From positions 1-30,836 of the forward strand of contig JAOZPT010000027.1 of assembly GCA_029932605.1 (NCBI GenBank): DNA of 30,836 bases. Reading direction: 5' to 3'. The DNA comes from Candidatus Zixiibacteriota bacterium. Lineage in GTDB: Bacteria > Zixibacteria > MSB-5A5 > UBA10806 > 4484-95. Position 1 is the first letter of the stretch, and each line of letters begins with the position of its first letter. The notes beneath the pieces were generated by a model. It had not been told where the DNA came from. It did no database searches and saw only the letters and a program-made list of their open reading frames with translations. The position numbers and the translations under genes are program-made. Below are positions 18,265 through 27,133 of the stretch, one piece after another.

Positions 18265-19266
18265 ATGAGATATAAGCCGAAGCCTCCACCCCGTTTCCAA
18301 CTGGCAATGACACCTACACCAATAGAGGTTTTTTCCTTAACACCAGCGCCAAGGTCTGGGGTTGAGATATTTATCAAAAGAGATGACCAAACCGGTTCAG
18401 AGCTTTCGGGAAATAAAATTCGCAAGATGGAGTTTATCCTCTATGATTTGATATCTAAAAAATCTGATGTCATCATCACCTGCGGTGGGGTTCAGTCCAA
18501 CCATTGCCGTGTTGTAGCGGCTTTAGCGGCGCGAATAGGTTTAGATTGCGAGTTGATACTCAAAGGAAGATCGACTTCATTGCCCGACGGTAACTTTCTT
18601 CTGGATAAGTTGTTTGGGGCTAAGGTAAGATTCGTCACAGAAAGAGAGTATGAAAGGAATATCGAAGGGATTCTTAAAAGAAGAGCGAGGGTTTTCCAAA
18701 AACGGGGTCGCAGATCATACATAATCCCCGAGGGTGCCTCTACATCACTTGGTATATGGGGTTATTTTTTAGCTGGCCTTGAGTTGAAAAAGCAACTTGA
18801 TAAAGCTGGTATAAAAGCAGACTATATCGCCTGTGCTGTTGGTTCAGGCGGAAGCTACACTGGTTTGTATCTTGCCTCGCTTTATCTTAAGTGGCCAGTG
18901 AAAATTTTAGGCTTTGCTGTCTGCCGTGATACTGATTATTTCAAAAGTAAAATTATAAGGTTGGCCAAACAGTTTTTGGAAAATTATAAACTCGATCTTA
19001 AACCCGACCCGAGTGAAATCATAATAGATGACAATTACATCGGCCCGGGATATGCTAAAATTGGTAGAATGGAAGCTGATTTTATAAAAAAGGTTGCCGT
19101 CAATAGCGGGATAATACTTGATCCTGCCTATACTGCCAAAAGCATGATTGGGTTGTTTAATTACATAGTTGAAAAGAAGATAAGGAAAAAATCGGTAGTG
19201 GTTTTTATACATACAGGTGGCCTTCTATCGATATTTCCGCAGCGTGGAAAATTATTTGGGAGATAA
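18265..19266 (+). CDS. dcyD: D-cysteine desulfhydrase family PLP enzyme
   Basis: KRDD, SGNKIRK (PLP Lys), GGVQSNH, IPEG, GSGGS; DPAYTAK and HTGG carry Thr where ACC deaminases have Glu and Leu. Confidence 0.8.
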   Translation: MRYKPKPPPRFQLAMTPTPIEVFSLTPAPRSGVEIFIKRDDQTGSELSGNKIRKMEFILYDLISKKSDVIITCGGVQSNHCRVVAALAARIGLDCELILKGRSTSLPDGNFLLDKLFGAKVRFVTEREYERNIEGILKRRARVFQKRGRRSYIIPEGASTSLGIWGYFLAGLELKKQLDKAGIKADYIACAVGSGGSYTGLYLASLYLKWPVKILGFAVCRDTDYFKSKIIRLAKQFLENYKLDLKPDPSEIIIDDNYIGPGYAKIGRMEADFIKKVAVNSGIILDPAYTAKSMIGLFNYIVEKKIRKKSVVVFIHTGGLLSIFPQRGKLFGR

Positions 19267-19506
19267 ATTATCGAGATTTAAAATTTTGAGTTTCATATTG
19301 TAAGGATTGAAGTTGATACAATATTTTGCAATTACGATGCAAGAAAATACAAACTATTTGAGTTTTAATGTTGCCTTTTAATCGGGGGCTCATTATATTG
19401 CTTATAGATTAGGGATTAGTACTGTTTTTTTTAGGATAGTATGTTTTTTAGCAATGTCTTATGGGATTAGAGGAGGAAATTATTTCGGGTAGTTATAACC
19501 TGTTTT

Positions 19507-19523
19507 TCGGCATATGATTTGCT
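19507..19523 (+). promoter_or_regulatory. Candidate sigma54 (-24/-12) promoter
   Basis: TCGGCATATGATTTGCT closely matches TGGCAC-N5-TTGCW, 36 bp upstream of ATG 19560. Confidence 0.6.
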
Positions 19524-19559
19524 CTTAAAGGCAATTGAGGGGTAATAAAAGGATTGCTT

Positions 19560-20180
19560 ATGCTTTCTAATGGACTTGAAAGAGGTTTTACTGAAGGAGT
19601 TCTGAAAAGGATTAAGGACCCACGTGTTGGCAAGGACGCTGGTGGGTATTTCATTTATACTACCAGTGAAAATATCAAGGTTTATATTGATTCATATTAT
19701 GAGTTTCTTGAGAAAACCGAAAAGCGGGCTTTGGAAGAACTTGGTAATTTGAACAAGAAAATAGCCGCTACCTCCGAGGATTACGAGGAAACCCTGGCTT
19801 TTTACAGGGCTAAAAAGATTATTATCGGTCAGCTTCTTAAAAACATCTATCATTATTATACCGATTCAGTGAGTACAACCTCGCTTATGACTCCCTGGTG
19901 TTTTGGCACAGTTGTGCTCGAGAAAGTGGAAATCTATCGTGACAAATTATCCAAAGGCTTGGTTCGCGACGAGGATATACCGGAGTATCCGTTTTACGTT
20001 TTACAGTATATTGATGAGATCTATAAAAAGACATTGCTTGATATATTTGAATTTCCGGAGAAGGCGTTTTCGATGCGCTGGCAGTATACCGAACTGTTGA
20101 AACGCTACTCGAAAGTATTATCCAATGTTACAAATTCTTTGCAAAATGTTTTAATGATGATAAAATCGTACGGTCGATGA
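19560..20180 (+). CDS. Hypothetical protein (predicted helical, cytoplasmic)
   Basis: 206-aa ORF with AAAGGA SD and its own terminator; no family recognised. Confidence 0.75.
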   Translation: MLSNGLERGFTEGVLKRIKDPRVGKDAGGYFIYTTSENIKVYIDSYYEFLEKTEKRALEELGNLNKKIAATSEDYEETLAFYRAKKIIIGQLLKNIYHYYTDSVSTTSLMTPWCFGTVVLEKVEIYRDKLSKGLVRDEDIPEYPFYVLQYIDEIYKKTLLDIFEFPEKAFSMRWQYTELLKRYSKVLSNVTNSLQNVLMMIKSYGR

Positions 20181-20204
20181 GGTTGTTGGTGTTAGCGTTT
20201 TCAG

Positions 20205-20228
20205 GGCCGCATAGGGCGGCCTTTTTTT
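20205..20228 (+). terminator. Rho-independent terminator
   Basis: GGCCGC-ATAGG-GCGGCC followed by T7. Confidence 0.85.
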
Positions 20229-20309
20229 ATTGGTATTACGAAATCGAACATGGTCAGTATAAAAAGGCGGAAAGAAACCCCCCTATCAGTTGTAACCTCT
20301 AAAGTTATC

Positions 20310-21989
20310 TCAATTGCAAGCGGTAGTAGCCCTGCGCCGGCGAATGACAGCGATTGTTCCGGCAGCTAATAATAACAATCCAAGGATGATCATGCCCCAT
20401 TCAGAGAGCGTAGGTATAGGGGTATATTCCACCACTTCAACGTATAGGGAATCGGAATCTGTTATTGATGGATCATCCTGTGAGGTTGCCGTCAGATAAA
20501 TCCAATCTATAGTTCCAATCTCGGTGCCAGATGGAATTGTCACGTCAATAGTAAAAGTCGTCTCTTGCATTGAATCAAGTTCGACCATCATGGTTTGAGG
20601 GGATAAGTCCCAACCTTGGTTGTCGGTGGCAACAATAAAATAGCCATGTGTTGTATAGCTCCAATTATAAAGATTGAACTCGACGGGAACTGTATCACCG
20701 GGTGAACTAGAAGTATCCACTCCCGGCCACACATATCCAGAATGAGAACGGGTGGTCATCACCGATGTATCTGCGTTTGCTGCTAAATCATAGGCGATCA
20801 GATCTATTTCATTAGAGGGTAATAACCAAATTTCATCAGTATAAAATCCACCGTTGGTGTCAACATCAAAATCCAACCATTGTGAGGCTTCATTATCATA
20901 AAACCATATTTTGGTATAACTTGAGAGTGAATCTGAAAGATAATTGAAGCTATCACTGACCGCACCCTCATATCCGGTTATTACTATAGGATTTCTGTCG
21001 AATAAATCCATATCTATAACGGGGTCTAACGAATCGATTGGTAATACCAGGAAATCACCAATATTCCAATCTATGTTGTATGGTTCTCCTGTGAAGTTTA
21101 TAACTGTTGAATTCGATGTTAATTCGAACTGGGAAATGTATATGTTCTCCAAATCAAAATCAGCAATCTCCACGTAAAATTCAGCAATTTTACCGGCTTC
21201 AAGGTCACTTATACCGTCCTCCGGCAAATGCGCTTCCAAAACAAATGTATCAGGTTCAATGAGAAAAAACGTATCATATTGAGCAAAAGCAGCATCTGTA
21301 AATTGACCACCCAAAACGTTAAAAACTGAATTGTCATAAACTGTCTTAAGAATAACATCTTGAACATCATTTAATTGATTGTCCAATTCAATGGAGCATG
21401 TGGCATCTGAACCTATTGTCCCAAGTGTATCCCTTGGTGTTAATCTGGCATGAGAATCTTCATGTTTGCATTCAACCGTAACTTTCGCTTTCTTGCCATA
21501 AAAATGCACTCTTAATGTTGCTTTCTTTTTATTATTTTGGTTAGCTGTGCTTCTATTTCCTTTAATACCCTTATCACAACAAGAAGCGCACCATATTTTG
21601 AACTTAACGGTATCGACATAAGAGGAATCCTTATATTTGCCATCGGTGTCGATAGTGTACGTCTCTCTTGCTATATATCGTTTTCCTCCCCCGGAACCAG
21701 GCAGGTCGCTTTCAGCTTTGGGATTACCTCTCCAGTAAAATAAATTCAGCTTTTTGTTTACTGAGTATTTACTAACTACTTTAACTGTGTAATAGATTGA
21801 AAGCGTTACAGTTGTGGTATCAGGACAATTAAAAACTGGGTTCGCAGCGCTTAATTTTAGGCTATCAACTTTGATTCCAGCCTTTTTTGCCCGTGTGGCA
21901 AAAGCATCTGGAGTAGTAAAGAAAAGCGTGCACATAAAAAATGTGATAACAGTAACGCCCAGTAATGTTTTTTTGCTTAGGTTATACAT
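20310..21989 (-). CDS. IPTL-CTERM sorting domain surface protein
   Basis: Signal peptide (..PDAFA); C-terminal IPTLSEWGMIILGLLLLAAGTIAVIRRRR; Ig-like beta modules in the C-terminal half. Confidence 0.88.
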   Translation of the reverse strand: MYNLSKKTLLGVTVITFFMCTLFFTTPDAFATRAKKAGIKVDSLKLSAANPVFNCPDTTTVTLSIYYTVKVVSKYSVNKKLNLFYWRGNPKAESDLPGSGGGKRYIARETYTIDTDGKYKDSSYVDTVKFKIWCASCCDKGIKGNRSTANQNNKKKATLRVHFYGKKAKVTVECKHEDSHARLTPRDTLGTIGSDATCSIELDNQLNDVQDVILKTVYDNSVFNVLGGQFTDAAFAQYDTFFLIEPDTFVLEAHLPEDGISDLEAGKIAEFYVEIADFDLENIYISQFELTSNSTVINFTGEPYNIDWNIGDFLVLPIDSLDPVIDMDLFDRNPIVITGYEGAVSDSFNYLSDSLSSYTKIWFYDNEASQWLDFDVDTNGGFYTDEIWLLPSNEIDLIAYDLAANADTSVMTTRSHSGYVWPGVDTSSSPGDTVPVEFNLYNWSYTTHGYFIVATDNQGWDLSPQTMMVELDSMQETTFTIDVTIPSGTEIGTIDWIYLTATSQDDPSITDSDSLYVEVVEYTPIPTLSEWGMIILGLLLLAAGTIAVIRRRRATTACN

Positions 21990-22240
21990 TTTTCTTGGCC
22001 TCCAACTTAACTGAAGATTCGAAAAGTATCGTATTTATAACATACTTACTAATCAAGACTTAAAATTTCATTATATATGTCAAGGATTTTTTTATTTATT
22101 TCAGTTATGAGCTATACCAACGGGGAAACATAATATGTCGTTGGTAGGAATGTAATTAACCAAAATTAAACAGTGAAAATATAATTGCCTTTTCGAACAA
22201 TCGGGTTATATTTAGCTGAAGAAGGTATATATATTTAAAC

Positions 22241-22876
22241 ATGCCCAAGATCATCTCACTTTACCCGATAAAACGCAAAAAGCACTGGTTCGAAATTCGT
22301 TTCGATAACAAATCATTCTTTCCAATCAACGATGAGTTGATTTTAAAGTACCTGCTTAAATCTGGCAAGAGTCTTAACAAAAGCGAAATAGAAAAGCTCA
22401 GAAGTGAAGCGGGACATCTTTTCCTTAAAAGGAAAGCCCTTGACATCTTGTCGAGGAGACGTGTTTCGGAAAGAGAACTTCGGCAGAAACTTAAAGTGGA
22501 ACGAAGACTTAGCCATCATACAGATAAGGTTATTAAGGACTTGAAGAATGTAGGGCTTATCGATGATATGACCTTTGCCGTTTCGGTGATAAGTTCTATT
22601 TTAATAGGCGGACCTAAAAGCAAAATGTACATCAGGCAAAAGCTTTACCAGAAGGGTATTCCAAAAGATATAATCGATAAAGCAATTGAGTCGGAGCTGG
22701 CCGATTATGATGAAGAACAAGGAGCGCTGGAGCTTGCCAGAAAAAAGTATAAGGCCGTAAAATCTATTCCAACTTTGAAAGCGAAGAAACGTGTAGCGGA
22801 TTTTCTCAGGGGGCGCGGGTTTAGCTGGGATATCGTCAATTATTGCCTGGACATCTTGTTCACAAAGAATGATTAA
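22241..22876 (+). CDS. recX: Regulatory protein RecX
   Basis: ALDILSRR..SE.ELRQKL, GLIDD..FA, IRQKLYQKGI, FLRGRGFSWD. Confidence 0.92.
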   Translation: MPKIISLYPIKRKKHWFEIRFDNKSFFPINDELILKYLLKSGKSLNKSEIEKLRSEAGHLFLKRKALDILSRRRVSERELRQKLKVERRLSHHTDKVIKDLKNVGLIDDMTFAVSVISSILIGGPKSKMYIRQKLYQKGIPKDIIDKAIESELADYDEEQGALELARKKYKAVKSIPTLKAKKRVADFLRGRGFSWDIVNYCLDILFTKND

Positions 22877-22930
22877 ATTGGCGTGTTTCGATACTGAAAA
22901 TGTATTAATATATTATGAAATCTTGGTGTT

Positions 22931-22955
22931 AAAAGGAGCTGGGAGGAGACAGCTC
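22931..22955 (-). terminator. Rho-independent terminator for the feo-dtxR transcript and/or a small RNA
   Basis: Minus strand GAGCTG-TCTCCTCC-CAGCTC-CTTTT. Confidence 0.65.
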
Positions 22956-23060
22956 AACCGATGTTACTCATCACCAACAAGCGGCGCTTATTATCTTTAG
23001 ATCCTTCAAAGTATCTTGGTGGGTGTAAACCGCTGTCAAGGCAAGTTTTGTCTCTGTGTA

Positions 23061-23537
23061 TCAGTTGTTGCCATCGTGGTTGAGATAGGATTTTTCGAAT
23101 ATCTTTACGATATTTTCGATGCCACAGGGTTGCGATTGTAAGAACTCAGAAAAATCGAAAAGACGATTCATTGTCTGAGAACTTAAAACATGCTCCATCG
23201 AACAAGCATCTGATTCGGCGGTAGGGGGGTCGACTTTCAATACCTCGATGAGGAACTTTTTTAGGAAATTGTGTCTTTTAATCAGTCTTTTAGCTAGGTT
23301 AGTGCCGGCTTTGGTAAGCTCGACGAACTCCCTAGCCTCGTAGTTGGCCAATCCTTTCCGGTCAAGCCTCTTAAGGGCACTTGTGACACTCGACATTTTA
23401 ACTGCTTTTACCTGAGCGATGTCACGCACACGGGCTACTTTCTGTTTTTGAACGAGGTTGTATATTATTTCAAGATAGTCCTCGAGACTTTCCGATAATT
23501 GACCGATACGACGAATCCTGGTGATACTGTTTTTCAT
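23061..23537 (-). CDS. DtxR/MntR family metal-dependent transcriptional regulator
   Basis: LSESLEDYLEIIY, ARVRDIA, SSVTSALKRL, LT..G, RH..L..FL, AESDACSMEH. Confidence 0.95.
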   Translation of the reverse strand: MKNSITRIRRIGQLSESLEDYLEIIYNLVQKQKVARVRDIAQVKAVKMSSVTSALKRLDRKGLANYEAREFVELTKAGTNLAKRLIKRHNFLKKFLIEVLKVDPPTAESDACSMEHVLSSQTMNRLFDFSEFLQSQPCGIENIVKIFEKSYLNHDGNN

Positions 23538-23582
23538 ATTTGAAAGCGTAGGTACTCCATTATATGGAAAGTAAATTCAACA

Positions 23583-23750
23583 TTATTGGTTACAGTCCTT
23601 GTTGATATTACACGATTTCTCAATTTTTTTCCTTTTGGGTTGGTAGTAACAGTCACTGCATTCACATTTCTTTGTCTGTGACCACAGTTTTCTTGCGCTG
23701 AAATATACAGCAATCCCGATTGTTATAAAAACCGTTATATATTCAAACAT
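23583..23750 (-). CDS. FeoB-associated Cys-rich membrane protein (55 aa, not in ORF track)
   Basis: Manual translation MFEYITVFITIGIAVYFSARKLWSQTKKCECSDCYYQPKRKKIEKSCNINKDCNQ: N-terminal TM plus CxCxxC; AAGGA SD; directly after feoB. Confidence 0.8.
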   Translation of the reverse strand: MFEYITVFITIGIAVYFSARKLWSQTKKCECSDCYYQPKRKKIEKSCNINKDCNQ

Positions 23751-23766
23751 CCGTAATTTTCCTTTT

Positions 23767-25923
23767 TTAACTAAGTCCTAAAAGTTTACCACCCTGGTAG
23801 ACGACCATCGCTAAAAACCAGGCAAGAGCGGTGGTGTAGCCGATCTGGAACAGTGTTTCTTTGATTGAGCGAGTCTCACGCAGGAATACTGCCATTGCCG
23901 CCATACAGGGCATATATAACAGAACGAAGACCAGAAATGCGTAGGCAATCAGTTTTGAGTATTTCGGGTCTGCAGCTAAACTTGCGCGCAAAGCCTCAGA
24001 ACCTTCATCGGTTTCCCCCACACCATAAATTGTACCCATGGTTGAGACCACGACCTCTTTAGCGACAAAGCCCGAGATAAGAGCTATCCCTAACCGCCAG
24101 TCAAAACCAAGAGGTTTAATTATCGGTTCAATGTTCTTACCTATCCTGCCTGCTATGCTATACTCGAGATTCTCGGCTGATCGGCTGTTCTCGTAAGCGG
24201 TTATCAAACTATCCCTTTCACTAAGGGTTATCTTTTCCGAAGAGAACGAGTGATTGGCCAGCTTAACGAGGGCATCATAATCCTTATCGTATGTCTTTTT
24301 CTGAGGGAATGTCATCAAAAACCACATTATGATGGAGAAACTAAGGATTACAGTACCAGCCTTGCGCAAATACATCCACGAGCGTTCCCACATATGAATC
24401 AGAAGGCTTCTAATAGTTGGAATTCGGTAGGGTGGAAGCTCCATGACGAATGGTGCCGACAACCCTTTGAATCTGGTGGCTCTGAGCAGTTTTACCATGA
24501 CAATCGCGACTACAATACCAAGGACATATATAGAAAACATGACATTGCCGGCTTTATCGGGCCAGAAGGCGCCACATACTAAAACATAAATTGGCAACCT
24601 CGCTCCACAGCTCATAAAGGTTATTACATGCATTGTCACCAGACGATCGGTTTTGTCCTCGATTATACGGCTTCCTAAATAAGCTGGCACAGAGCAACCG
24701 TAACCTATTAACATCGGTATGAAAGACTTGCCGTGAAGGCCTATCCTGTGCATTATTCTGTCCATTATGAAGGCTGCTCGAGACATATAACCTGTATCTT
24801 CTAAAACGGCAATAGCCAGGAAGAGAAACATTATATTCGGTAGGAAAACGATTACTCCGCCGACGCCACCGATGATACCATCGACTATCAGTGAGTTTAA
24901 GATCCCTTCGGGCAAAATGTTTAGAAACAGATTTGCCAAGCTGGCCATTGCTAGTTCTATCCATTCCATTGGCTTTTCGGCCAAAGTGAATGTCAGATGG
25001 AAAACTAACCACATCATGCCGGCAAATATAAGAAGCCCCGAAATCGGGTGTATAAGGACATAATCTATCTTATCGGAAACATCGTGCCGATGCTCGGCAG
25101 TTCTGTTGATCGCCTCAGAACATGCCCCACTTATAAAGCCATACCTCCTATCGGTAATAATTTCTGATAGATTTTCTCTATATAGAGATTTCAAGCGTGC
25201 TTTGCTTTTATCGGCCTCTTTAAAAATTTGTTCTGAAGATTTGTGTTGTTTCAATAACTTATAAACTTCAGCGTCGTCCTCAAGAAGCTTCAAAGAAAGC
25301 CAGCGCGGTTTGTAGCTGTTTGTTATGGTTGAATCAGTGGATATAATATCATTTAATTTTGATAGTTCCCTTTCTATCTCTTTGCCGTAACTTACCTGAA
25401 CCGGCGTCAGGCTTACCCCATTCTCAACGATTTCAATAATCGCATTTAGAAGTTCGGTCATGCCCTTTTTTTTATTTCCTACAGTGGGCACTATTGGAAT
25501 TCCCATTAGCTGGGCAAGATATTCAGTGTTGATTATGATACCGCGATTTTTTGCCATATCACTCATATTGAGGGCTATTATTAAATGTACGTTAAGCTCG
25601 GAAAGTTGGGTTGTCAGATAGAGATTTCGCTCGATATTTGAAGCATCGACAATATCGATAATGACATCCGGTTTCTGCTCGATTATGAACTTCCGGGCGA
25701 TAATCTCATCGATTGAATAGGCAGATAGGCTGTAGGTTCCGGGAAGGTCAACCGCTTTAATGCGGTATCCTCTGTAATTTAAATGCCCCTCTTTTTTTTC
25801 CACAGTCACACCCGGGTAATTTCCAACATGTTGATTGGCGCCGGTTAAGTTGTTGAAAATGGTGGTCTTTCCAGAGTTGGGATTACCAGCCAGGGCGACC
25901 ACTATTTCCTTTTTAAGAACCAT
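23767..25923 (-). CDS. feoB: Ferrous iron transport protein B
   Basis: GNPNSGKT, NYPGVTVE, DLPGTYSL, LEDTGYMSR, GYGCSVP, FMSCGARLP, FVMELPPYR, AKEVVVST, LYMPC. Confidence 0.98.
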   Translation of the reverse strand: MVLKKEIVVALAGNPNSGKTTIFNNLTGANQHVGNYPGVTVEKKEGHLNYRGYRIKAVDLPGTYSLSAYSIDEIIARKFIIEQKPDVIIDIVDASNIERNLYLTTQLSELNVHLIIALNMSDMAKNRGIIINTEYLAQLMGIPIVPTVGNKKKGMTELLNAIIEIVENGVSLTPVQVSYGKEIERELSKLNDIISTDSTITNSYKPRWLSLKLLEDDAEVYKLLKQHKSSEQIFKEADKSKARLKSLYRENLSEIITDRRYGFISGACSEAINRTAEHRHDVSDKIDYVLIHPISGLLIFAGMMWLVFHLTFTLAEKPMEWIELAMASLANLFLNILPEGILNSLIVDGIIGGVGGVIVFLPNIMFLFLAIAVLEDTGYMSRAAFIMDRIMHRIGLHGKSFIPMLIGYGCSVPAYLGSRIIEDKTDRLVTMHVITFMSCGARLPIYVLVCGAFWPDKAGNVMFSIYVLGIVVAIVMVKLLRATRFKGLSAPFVMELPPYRIPTIRSLLIHMWERSWMYLRKAGTVILSFSIIMWFLMTFPQKKTYDKDYDALVKLANHSFSSEKITLSERDSLITAYENSRSAENLEYSIAGRIGKNIEPIIKPLGFDWRLGIALISGFVAKEVVVSTMGTIYGVGETDEGSEALRASLAADPKYSKLIAYAFLVFVLLYMPCMAAMAVFLRETRSIKETLFQIGYTTALAWFLAMVVYQGGKLLGLS

Positions 25924-26206
25924 TTTCCCTGATTTTTACCCTTTGAGCCATACCCCTTCCTATGGCCAGTCTTGTATCGCGCACCTCAACTCCAACAGGT
26001 CCTCTTCCGTTGTTGGTTATAACCCTGAATTTGACGCCGGGGTTCAAACCCATAGAATATAACTTCTGACGTAACCTCTGGCCGCCCCCAACTCCAAGCA
26101 TAACATAGACTTTGCCCTCTCCTGCTTCACTTAAATATAACATATCGTCACTGCCAGTATCGTTATAATTTTCTCTATATTTCCAATGTCGACCCCAACG
26201 CCACAT
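25913..26206 (-). CDS. feoA: FeoA family protein
   Basis: LRQKLYSMGL.PG, GPV.VEV...RLAIGRGMA..V; AGGAAGGA SD before ATG 26206. Confidence 0.9.
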   Translation of the reverse strand: MWRWGRHWKYRENYNDTGSDDMLYLSEAGEGKVYVMLGVGGGQRLRQKLYSMGLNPGVKFRVITNNGRGPVGVEVRDTRLAIGRGMAQRVKIRENGS

Positions 26207-26231
26207 CCTGCAGTCCTTCCTGTTTCACTTG

Positions 26232-26263
26232 TCTAATAATATTAGAATCATCTAATTTGTCAA
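26232..26263 (-). promoter_or_regulatory. feoA sigma70 promoter with overlapping DtxR/MntR-type operator palindrome
   Basis: Minus strand TTGACA-16bp-TATTAT; ATTAGA-ATCA-TCTAAT inverted repeat (26241-26256) fills the spacer. Confidence 0.65.
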
Positions 26264-26802
26264 GTTGAAAATGATGCAAAAAGTTCCCGCAGAGGTTATT
26301 TTAAAAAGCTTTTTTATGGGGTTTAAGTAATCTATCTGTGATACTATGTCATGGCGAGAAATGGTTTCTGCAAATGGAAAAGTATGTAGGCGCCGATCGG
26401 GATTTGCCTTTATTCCTAAAAATCGAGAAAATTTCTTAATAATTTATGGCAGGTCGTGTCCCAATTTGCCATAAATAAAGGGAAGCTTCTTGGGTTGAAT
26501 AGTATTGATTTTTAAGTATGTTTTATTAGGATACAGGTAAATGGGTAATAAACCGTTTGAGGGGATGACCAAATTTTTCGTTGATGGAATGGCATCATGA
26601 AATGATTAAGGAAGTGGATTAAGTATTTTACCCTTGAATAACCTCCAATAAGTACCGGATTTTTACATTGCCGACAATAATATTCTTCTTAACAATTCGA
26701 AAATAGTCCGCAATCTTAATATCTTCCAAATTCTTGACGTTAATATATTACAGTTTGATGAATTAACGACCTTTTACCTGAATATTGGCCTAATTTAAAA
26801 GT

Positions 26803-27066
26803 CTAATCTTTCGGTCTTCGTGTCAATTTGAAGACAACCACATTATCCGGATCAGGACAACTGACCTCCATCTCATCCTGTTTGGTTTCTTTCCAGGGCA
26901 CAAAACCACCAAAACGAAGAGCAGTAGCAAATGGCATCATTGTATGCGTAGCCCATTGACACAATTTACCATCCCCGATATGAAAAACCTCACCCACTTT
27001 ATGACCAATTGGGCATTCACCTTTGCCCCTGATTTCTTTTACGGTTATATCAACAGTATAATCCAT
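26803..27066 (-). CDS. TIGR04076 family protein
   Basis: ITVKEI.G.G.CPIGHKVG, LC.WA, LRFGG..PW, SCPDP.N.VVF. Confidence 0.82.
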   Translation of the reverse strand: MDYTVDITVKEIRGKGECPIGHKVGEVFHIGDGKLCQWATHTMMPFATALRFGGFVPWKETKQDEMEVSCPDPDNVVVFKLTRRPKD

Positions 27067-27133
27067 AAAGTTTCTCCTGGGGAATTGCTTGTTTATTTAA
27101 ATTCAGTTGGATTACTATAGTGTCCTTTTTTTG

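Noticed and set aside
18265..19266. ACC deaminase (acdS)
   Set aside because: Diagnostic Glu/Leu positions are Thr/Thr (DPAYTAK, HTGG), which fits D-cysteine desulfhydrase-like enzymes
22961..23083. 40-aa plus-strand ORF MLLITNKRRLL... behind GGAGGAG, as a type I toxin antisense to the candidate sRNA
   Set aside because: No transmembrane character, SD spacing is long and sequestered in a hairpin, and it overlaps the dtxR 3' end; unsupported, though not excluded
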